Origin: Limisphaerales bacterium
Lineage (GTDB): Bacteria; Verrucomicrobiota; Verrucomicrobiia; Limisphaerales; UBA11358
NCBI GenBank assembly: GCA_031411455.1
Contig: JANOBC010000059.1
Span: 1 to 47,973 of the forward strand
Reading direction: 5' to 3'
DNA length: 47,973 nt
Shown here: positions 41,891 through 47,973 of the stretch, one piece after another
How positions within the stretch are numbered: the first letter of the stretch is position 1
Layout of the letters: each line of letters opens with the position of its first letter
Made by a program: the position numbers and the translations under genes
Notes under the pieces: model-generated
What the model was told of the DNA's origin: nothing
What the model saw: only the letters and a program-made list of their open reading frames with translations
Database searches by the model: none

Positions 41891-42970
41891 TTATTTCCTG
41901 ACGGCAAGTTCGATGGCGGCGAAAAGTTTTTCCGGCGCGGCGTCCACCCAGTTGCGGAATTTCCCGGTGGGCAAACTGTCCGGCAGTTCGGCGAGGCGGT
42001 CGAGGTTGAAACTTTTTTCCGCGAGACCCAGGCCGAACTGCTCGGCATCGAGGGCGTTGACCTGCTGCTCGACGTGGTTCTCCACCGGCACGAGGAACAG
42101 CGGCTTGCCCAGCCACGCGGCTTCGCTGACGGATTCAAACCCGGCGGTGCAGACGACGTGGCGGCACTCGGCCATCATCTGCAAAAACTTTTCGCCATCG
42201 AGCCGGTGAAACGTGAGCGCGGGCGAGTGCTGAAACTCGGCGGGCGCGTCCGGCTTGTCGTAAAAACAATGCAGCTTGGTCTGCGGATTCTTCGCGCTCC
42301 ACGAAATGATTTGTTCCGCGTAGCCGTGGTTCAGCAGATAGACGAGGACAAAATCACCGTCGGGATTTGAGGTGAGCTGGAAAAGTTGTTTCCGCAAAAT
42401 CGGCGGGCCGACGATGATGCGTTTGCTTGGCAAATCAGGCGCTTCGTAGAGCGAGAGCGCCAGCTTGGTCGCGCGGGCGCCGAGGAGGCGCGTGTAAATT
42501 TTCATGCTCAACAACTGTTTCCACAGGTGCGATGCGCGGACGTAGCCGGGATGCTGAAACATGAACTGGTGCCCGATGGCGACGACGGGCGGACGTTTGC
42601 GCCGCGTGATGGCGTAGAATGCGGCCATCGGCTCGAAGAAATTGATGATCACATCCGGCTGCGTTTCGCGGACGATGTCGTCGAGCTGGCGGAGGATGGC
42701 GAAATATTTCGGAAGTTTTCCAAACACGCCGAGGAGCGTGGCGGTGTTGCTGACGGACTTGCTGTCCTTATATTTGAACTCCAGCGTGGGCAGTTGCCGG
42801 ACGGGAATCTTCATCGCCGATGCGAAGTATCCCGGCATCGGCCGTTGCGCGCTCGCGCCGAGCGTGACGGCGACGACCTGATGCCCCGCGGCCTCCGCCA
42901 TTTCCTTGACGGCCATTGCCTGGGTCATGTGACCCCGGCCCTCGCCCAGCACGCAGAACATCATTTTCAT
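41891..42970 (-). CDS. GT-B fold glycosyltransferase (GT28/MGDG-synthase-like)
   Basis: N-terminal glycine loop MMFCVLGEGRGHMTQAMAV. The C-terminal half has CTAGFESVSEAAWLGKPLFLVPVENHVEQQVNA, typical of MurG/UGT-like nucleotide-sugar binding. ATGs at 42970, 42964 and 42961; the track start at 43030 is less likely. Confidence 0.8.
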   Translation of the reverse strand: MKMMFCVLGEGRGHMTQAMAVKEMAEAAGHQVVAVTLGASAQRPMPGYFASAMKIPVRQLPTLEFKYKDSKSVSNTATLLGVFGKLPKYFAILRQLDDIVRETQPDVIINFFEPMAAFYAITRRKRPPVVAIGHQFMFQHPGYVRASHLWKQLLSMKIYTRLLGARATKLALSLYEAPDLPSKRIIVGPPILRKQLFQLTSNPDGDFVLVYLLNHGYAEQIISWSAKNPQTKLHCFYDKPDAPAEFQHSPALTFHRLDGEKFLQMMAECRHVVCTAGFESVSEAAWLGKPLFLVPVENHVEQQVNALDAEQFGLGLAEKSFNLDRLAELPDSLPTGKFRNWVDAAPEKLFAAIELAVRK

Positions 42971-43736
42971 GGAAGTGGATGAGTTTGATCTTGCCGTCGA
43001 AATCTTCCACCAAAGCCGTGCAGCTTTCAACCCAATCTCCGCAATTTAAATACTGCACGCCGTCAATCATCTTCATCTCCGCGCGGTGGATGTGGCCGCA
43101 GATGACGCCATCGGCCTGCTGGCTGCGCGCCATCGAAGCGAGCGTGCCCTCGTATTCGGTGACGAATTTCACGGCGGACTTGGCCTTGGATTTCAGAAAC
43201 GCCGCGAGCGACCAGTAACCAAAACCGAGCGCGCGCCGCACGCGGTTGAAATACAAATTGAAATCGAGAATCCAGTTGTAGAGGTGCGAGCCGAGTTTTT
43301 CCAGCAGGTGATTGAAGTGCGTCAAGCCGTCCGCCTGATGGCCGTGGATGACGAGATATTTTTTACCATCGGCGGCGGTGTGCATCACTTGCCGCGCAAT
43401 CGTCACGCTGCCGAAGCGCATCCCCATGAACTGCTCGATGAACTCGTCGTGGTTGCCGGAAATATAAATCACCTTCGTCTGCTTGCGGCTTTTGCGGAGA
43501 AGTTTTTGGATGAGCACATTGTAGTCATCGCGCCAATACCACCGGAACTTGAGTTCCCAGCCATCAATCAGATCGCCGACGATGTAGAGATACTTGCAGT
43601 CCACCACGCGGAGAAATTCCAGCAACTCCGACACGCGCGCGTGCTTGGTGCCGAGATGGATGTCGGAAATCCACACGGAGCGGCAGGAGAGCGTCTCGCC
43701 GGGGTTCAAGTCCAGATGGGGTTGGTCGGCATTCAT
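42768..43736 (-). CDS. LpxH-like calcineurin-type metallophosphoesterase (UDP-2,3-diacylglucosamine diphosphatase-like)
   Basis: Motifs WISDIHLG, IVGDLIDGW, ISGNHDEF, VIHGHQ and ICGHIH. The start is uncertain (ATG 43736 or track 43838). After ...KIKLIHFHEN the ORF continues as a Gly/Arg-rich tail that overlaps the glycosyltransferase start out of frame. Confidence 0.8.
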   Translation of the reverse strand: MNADQPHLDLNPGETLSCRSVWISDIHLGTKHARVSELLEFLRVVDCKYLYIVGDLIDGWELKFRWYWRDDYNVLIQKLLRKSRKQTKVIYISGNHDEFIEQFMGMRFGSVTIARQVMHTAADGKKYLVIHGHQADGLTHFNHLLEKLGSHLYNWILDFNLYFNRVRRALGFGYWSLAAFLKSKAKSAVKFVTEYEGTLASMARSQQADGVICGHIHRAEMKMIDGVQYLNCGDWVESCTALVEDFDGKIKLIHFHENDVLRAGRGPGSHDPGNGRQGNGGGRGASGRRRHARRERATADAGILRIGDEDSRPATAHAGVQI

Positions 43737-43875
43737 AACACAATGACGACTGGACTTTGCAACGGCACCCATCCGCGCCGCAATTAAATATTCGCCACGT
43801 TGCCGAATCTTTACCCGGGCGTAACCTGAGTGAAACAATCCGCGCCGTTTGAATGCTGCTGGCGGTAGAAGAAAA

Positions 43876-45294
43876 TCAAATTGTCCGCATCTGCACCGCG
43901 TCCACGATTTCCGTGCCGACGGAGATGGCGCCGATGATGACGGCGGTCTCGCCTTTTTTCAGGCGGCCTTGCGCCGCCAGCATTTTCAAGCCTTCCTCAA
44001 TCGTGTTCTGCGGATTGATGAAATCAAATTCCATCACGAACGACGTGACGCCCCAGCACAAGGTCATTTCATTCGCCGTTCGCTGGTTGTCGCACATGGC
44101 GAACACGGGCGAGTAACGCGGACGCATCCACGAGGCGTAGCTGGCCATGTTGCCATGGCGCGTGAAGGAGACGATCGCGGCGGCCTTTAATTCATTCGCC
44201 ATCACGACGGCGCTCTTCACGAGCTTCTGCCGCGCGGTGGTGAGTTCAGCGGCGTCATGGAAGCCCGCGCTGCCGCTGCGTTCGATGCGCGAGGCGATCT
44301 TGTCAAAAACTTCGATGCACTTCAGCGGGTATTTGCCGACGGTCGTTTCGCCGCTCAACATGATGGCGTCCGTCTCCTCAAACACGGCGTTAGAAACATC
44401 CGTGACTTCCGCGCGCGTGGGCATCGGCGATTCAATCATGCTCTCCAGCATGTGCGTGGCGACGATGACGGGACGACCGACGCGCAAACACATTTTCACG
44501 ATGCGGCGCTGGACGATGGGCAATTCTTCGTAGGGAATTTCAATTCCCAAATCGCCACGCGCCACCATGATGCCATCGGCTTCGTGAACGATGGCTTCCA
44601 AATTTTTAATTGCCTCCTGATCTTCAATCTTGGCAATGACCATCGGGTGCGGCTTGCCTTCCTCAAACAATTGCCGGAGCTGAATCAGATCACGCGCCTC
44701 GCGCACGAAGGAGAGCGCGATGAAATCCACGCCGAGTTCGAGGCCGAGCTTCACGTCCTTGATGTCCTTGGCCGTGAGCGCCGGCAGGCTGACTTTCACG
44801 CCGGGCAAATTGATGTGACGCCGACTGCCGAGTTTGCCGTCCGTGAGCACCTCGCACTTGACCTTGTTGCCATTTTTGGCGAGCACCTTCATCTGGATCG
44901 TGCCGTTGTCAATCAGCACCACGTCGCCGACGCTGATGTCGTTGATGAAATTTTCGTAGTTCACGTCCACGGAATGTTCCTCCTCGGACTTCTCACCGCG
45001 CACGGAGAAGGTGAATTTTTGCCCCGGCTGCAAATCCAGCGGCGAACTGATGTCGCCCGTGCGGATGGCCGGCCCCTGCGTGTCCATGAGGATGCCGATG
45101 TGGATGGCGCGCTGCGCGGACTCGGCGCGGATGGACGCGAACACGCGGCGCACCCAGTCATGCGGCGCGTGGGACATATTGAGGCGGAAAATATTCACGC
45201 CCGCGTCCATGAGCTTGCCGATCATATCGGCGGAATCGGTGGCGGGGCCGAGAGTGGAAACGATTTTAGTCCGGCGCAAAGTAACTTTTTGCAT
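43876..45294 (-). CDS. pyk: pyruvate kinase
   Basis: RRTKIVSTLGPAT, NMSHA, MVARGDLGIEIP. 472 aa. Confidence 0.95.
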   Translation of the reverse strand: MQKVTLRRTKIVSTLGPATDSADMIGKLMDAGVNIFRLNMSHAPHDWVRRVFASIRAESAQRAIHIGILMDTQGPAIRTGDISSPLDLQPGQKFTFSVRGEKSEEEHSVDVNYENFINDISVGDVVLIDNGTIQMKVLAKNGNKVKCEVLTDGKLGSRRHINLPGVKVSLPALTAKDIKDVKLGLELGVDFIALSFVREARDLIQLRQLFEEGKPHPMVIAKIEDQEAIKNLEAIVHEADGIMVARGDLGIEIPYEELPIVQRRIVKMCLRVGRPVIVATHMLESMIESPMPTRAEVTDVSNAVFEETDAIMLSGETTVGKYPLKCIEVFDKIASRIERSGSAGFHDAAELTTARQKLVKSAVVMANELKAAAIVSFTRHGNMASYASWMRPRYSPVFAMCDNQRTANEMTLCWGVTSFVMEFDFINPQNTIEEGLKMLAAQGRLKKGETAVIIGAISVGTEIVDAVQMRTI

Positions 45295-45360
45295 GGTGAC
45301 AGCTTAAAAATTTATTTTACTGCCGGAAAGTTTTTATTCCGTTTCGCTTGGAAATCCGGC

Positions 45361-45388
45361 TTGCCAACAAAAACGCGAATGTCATAAT
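45361..45388 (+). promoter_or_regulatory. candidate sigma-70-type promoter for the ferredoxin gene
   Basis: TTGCCA (45361-45366), 16-nt spacer, CATAAT (45383-45388), 24 nt upstream of the ATG at 45413. Motif match only. Confidence 0.3.
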
Positions 45389-45412
45389 TCGACCTCAACT
45401 AAATAAAAATTT

Positions 45413-45643
45413 ATGGCTGATCTCGCAAACAAATACGCCGAAAGCGTCGTCGGAAAATACTACGTGGACAACCAGTGCATTGACTGCGACCTCTGTCGCG
45501 AAACGGCACCGGACAATTTCAAGCGCAACGACGATGGCGGCTACTCCATCGTCTACAAACAGCCCGCCAACGCGGACGAAGAAGCCCGCTGCAAAGAAGC
45601 CAAAGAAGGCTGCCCCGTGGAAGCCATCGGCGACAACGGCTAA
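45413..45643 (+). CDS. small single-cluster [4Fe-4S] ferredoxin
   Basis: CIDCDLC ... CP (EGCPVEAI) cluster-binding pattern. 76 aa, acidic. Confidence 0.85.
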   Translation: MADLANKYAESVVGKYYVDNQCIDCDLCRETAPDNFKRNDDGGYSIVYKQPANADEEARCKEAKEGCPVEAIGDNG

Positions 45644-45664
45644 TCTGTAAAATTTCCAAAACAA

Positions 45665-45699
45665 AACCCGCAGAATTAAATCTGCGGGTTTTTTATTTT
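45665..45699. terminator. Rho-independent terminator between convergent ferredoxin and kinase genes
   Basis: Perfect 10-bp stem aacccgcaga / tctgcgggtt (45665-45674 / 45681-45690), followed by ttttttatttt on the plus strand. An A-rich run (aaaacaaaa) precedes it, so it may also act on the minus strand. Confidence 0.8.
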
Positions 45700-45709
45700 C
45701 CGAAATGGT

Positions 45710-47734
45710 TCAGCCGCTTGCCGGCTCCATCGGCAGCGACACGCGGACGAGGCCGGTGGGCGACGGGATGATTTCTAATTTGCCGTGATGGTTCTCGATA
45801 ATTTTCTGCGTGACCGCCAGACCGAGACCGAGGCCGACGTTGCGCGTAGTGTAAAACGGTGCGGCTACTTTTTTAGCGGCTTCAGCCGTGAAGCCGGACC
45901 CGTTGTCCTGCACTTCAATCGTCAGCGCGTGATCGCCAATGCCCGTTTGAAATCTCACGCCAACTTGCGGCGCCTTTGGATTCGCCTGCAACGCGTTCAG
46001 CATGATTTCCGAAAGCGCGTGGCGCAACGCCGGCCGGTCACCGCTGACCATGAACGGCTGGGCGCTGGGCTCCATCTTCAACTGCGCGCCCGCCGCAGGC
46101 TGCTGGCGCATCGCGTCTTGATACGCATCCTCGACCAGTTTTTCGATGGGGAAAATGTCCGTCCGCACCTGACCATCGCGCGCGAGGAAGCGCATCTGGT
46201 TGATCAGCCGGGAAACGCGCTTCACGCCATCACCCATCGCGATGGCGAGCGATTCGCGGAATTCCGCATCATCAAATTTTTCCGCCAGCAACTGCTGATG
46301 CGTGGAGAGCGGAACCATCGCATTGCCGATTTCATGCGCCATGCGGTCGGCCATCGAACGGACGAGGCGCAAGTTCGCGGCTTCGACTTCGAGATTGCGC
46401 AACTGCTCGCTCTGCGTGAGGTCGTCGGCGGTGAGCAGGGCCGACGTAGGCAACGCGGAGCCGCCGCGTTGAAACGGCACGATGCTCACGCTGTAAATCG
46501 TTCCCGGCGAATTCTCCGGCTCAAAGCGGAACGGCTCCAGCGCGGAACCGGTCTTCAATACCTGATAAATTTTTGAGCCGAGCTGCTGCGGCAAATCGCT
46601 AAACTCCAGTCCGCCGGTGCGCTCACTCTTGCGTCCGAAATGGCGGCGCGCAGATTTATTTGCGTGCAGCACTTTAAGGTCGCATCCGACGACGATGCAC
46701 GCGCTGCCCAGTTCGCGCAGCACGTTGGACATCATCTCGTGATTGCCGGAAAGCTGGTCGTGCAGCCAGATGTTCCGCAGTCCGAGGCCGACTTGTTCCA
46801 ACAAACGGAAAATTAATTCCAACTCCGCGTTCACCAGCGGCTCGCCGGTCACACGGCCATCAAACACGGCCACGCCCACGGTGGTGTCACGATCGAGAAT
46901 TGGCACGGCGACCTGCGCGCCGAGAATTTCAAATTCTTTTTGCGACTCGCTGTCCAAGCGGCACTCGTCGCTGTCGCGGCGCAAAATTCTGCCGAGCCGC
47001 GAAATCTGTGCGCCGATGCCGGAGTCCAGCGAGAGTTCAAAATGTTCCAGCAATCCTGATGGAATGCCCGTGGCACAAGCCGTCCGCAGCCGCCGCGAAT
47101 CATCCGGCGCCACCGCCTCCGCCAGCGGTGAACACGGGCGGTTCAGAAAAATTGCCGCGCGGTTCACGCTCAACGTCTCGCGCAGGAACCGCAAAAATTG
47201 TTTAAGCATCGCCTCGGCATCAAGCGAGTGCGTCAGAATGGACGAAAAATCGCGCAGCACATCGAGCGTCTGCGAGGTGCTGGCAAAGCGGGCGGCGGCG
47301 TGGGGATCGTTGATGGCGCGGGTGAATACAGCGGTGTTGCCAGCAGGAACAGTCTGCACCGGACGCGCCGCATCGGCGGGCGTGGAAAGTTTTTCTAAAA
47401 CTGAATTCAGCAGCCGACCTCGGACGGGCTTGGTCAGGATGTGATTGACGCCGCGCAGAAAAGCTTCCTCCTCCCACTCCGAAGAATTGTTGGCCGTGTA
47501 GGCGATAAGCGGTGTCTTGGCGTCCCGGCGACGGAGACGTTCGATGACCCAGACGTTTTCCACGCCGAGCAAATCCGCGTCCAACACGCAGGCCGAAACG
47601 AGGCCGTGAATCAGCAGCGGCTCGGAATCTTCGAGGTTGGTGCGGTGGATGATGCGGAACTGGTCGGGCGCGAGCGCCGCGCCAATGGTGGCGGCAAAAT
47701 CAGGATGGGGTGACAAGACCAGAATCGTCTTCAC
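45710..47734 (-). CDS. sensor histidine kinase with N-terminal receiver-like and GAF-like domains
   Basis: H-box MAHEIGNAMVPL, N-box MLNALQA, G1 VQDNGSGF, G2 GLGLGLAV. N-terminal CheY-like fold (KTILVLSPHPDF...LDADL). No TM segment. GTG start at 47734. Confidence 0.85.
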   Translation of the reverse strand: MKTILVLSPHPDFAATIGAALAPDQFRIIHRTNLEDSEPLLIHGLVSACVLDADLLGVENVWVIERLRRRDAKTPLIAYTANNSSEWEEEAFLRGVNHILTKPVRGRLLNSVLEKLSTPADAARPVQTVPAGNTAVFTRAINDPHAAARFASTSQTLDVLRDFSSILTHSLDAEAMLKQFLRFLRETLSVNRAAIFLNRPCSPLAEAVAPDDSRRLRTACATGIPSGLLEHFELSLDSGIGAQISRLGRILRRDSDECRLDSESQKEFEILGAQVAVPILDRDTTVGVAVFDGRVTGEPLVNAELELIFRLLEQVGLGLRNIWLHDQLSGNHEMMSNVLRELGSACIVVGCDLKVLHANKSARRHFGRKSERTGGLEFSDLPQQLGSKIYQVLKTGSALEPFRFEPENSPGTIYSVSIVPFQRGGSALPTSALLTADDLTQSEQLRNLEVEAANLRLVRSMADRMAHEIGNAMVPLSTHQQLLAEKFDDAEFRESLAIAMGDGVKRVSRLINQMRFLARDGQVRTDIFPIEKLVEDAYQDAMRQQPAAGAQLKMEPSAQPFMVSGDRPALRHALSEIMLNALQANPKAPQVGVRFQTGIGDHALTIEVQDNGSGFTAEAAKKVAAPFYTTRNVGLGLGLAVTQKIIENHHGKLEIIPSPTGLVRVSLPMEPASG

Positions 47735-47838
47735 TTATTTATTTCCATGGTTCCCGGCGTTTTTTGCTAACCAGCGTTAGCTTGCATTTTCCACACCGCG
47801 AGCCAAGCCGTCAAATGAAACTTCGCTTCGGTTGCAAC

Positions 47839-47973
47839 TTAAATTTCGGCGACGAGGTCACGCACACGAACTTTGAGTGCCTTGGCGATTTTGAGAAGCG
47901 AGGTCAAAGAAGTTTCCATGTTTCCACGTTCAAGCTCACCAATGAAATTATGATGCAGGTCAGCTTTTTCCGC
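47839..47973 (-). CDS. XRE-family helix-turn-helix regulator, C-terminal fragment (runs off the window)
   Basis: Manual translation of the minus strand gives AEKADLHHNFIGELERGNMETSLTSLLKIAKALKVRVRDLVAEI*, matching the HTH_3 pattern (...s.iS.iErG...psl.tL.kiA.aL). Not in the ORF track because the start lies outside the window. Confidence 0.6.
   Translation of the reverse strand, partial: AEKADLHHNFIGELERGNMETSLTSLLKIAKALKVRVRDLVAEI

Noticed and set aside
47766-47781. GCTAAC-cagc-GTTAGC palindrome resembling integron core sites, located between the kinase and XRE genes.
   Set aside because: It is an isolated 6-bp palindrome in a normal-G+C intergenic region, with no flanking orphan ORFs or attC-length element. 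It is probably coincidental or a small operator.

Overview
This is a gene-dense 48 kb window of a high-G+C chromosome. Hand counts give about 65 % G+C in a typical gene line, and most genes lie on the minus strand. The gene content suggests a PVC-superphylum bacterium, most likely Verrucomicrobiota. The pointers are a DUF1559/prepilin-type protein, TAT-signal Gfo/Idh/MocA + ThuA + xylose-isomerase-like clusters, a THW-type ECF sigma factor, an O-antigen-ligase/TPR fusion and 'cacggat' intergenic repeats. This taxonomy is inference only; no search was possible.

Most of the window is housekeeping:
- Lipid and translation genes: rpmF-plsX-fabH, yceD, coaD.
- Pyrimidine and folate genes: carA, pyrC, folC.
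- Central metabolism and storage: pyk, ppk1 + sixA, and a ~1480-aa GH13 + amylo-1,6-glucosidase fusion.
- Sugar enzymes: a GH1 beta-glucosidase and two sugar-oxidoreductase clusters.
- Signalling and regulation: two ECF sigma modules, a FecR + CHASE2 nucleotide cyclase pair, a hybrid sensor kinase and a BrnT/BrnA toxin-antitoxin pair.

The most unusual region is 38.3-41.9 kb, a low-G+C island (~45 %).
- It holds four orphan ORFs for exported or membrane proteins, all on the minus strand.
- The ORFs are separated by GC-rich repeats whose ends carry integron-type core sites (RYYYAAC / GTTRRRY).
- I interpret it as an integron-like cassette array with no integrase in the window (CALIN-like). The attC structure is canonical at only one junction.

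Other items worth a second look:
- 7-nt tandem repeats and a twice-inserted identical 33-nt AT-rich module lie in frame inside the giant glycosidase gene.
- A family of 10-nt-phased ATCCGTG repeat elements ends in an extended-minus-10-like tail.
- Two adjacent divergent thymidylate-kinase-like paralogues overlap by 4 nt.
- A 203-nt out-of-frame overlap joins an LpxH-like gene and a glycosyltransferase gene.

No rRNA, tRNA, CRISPR array or transposase was seen.
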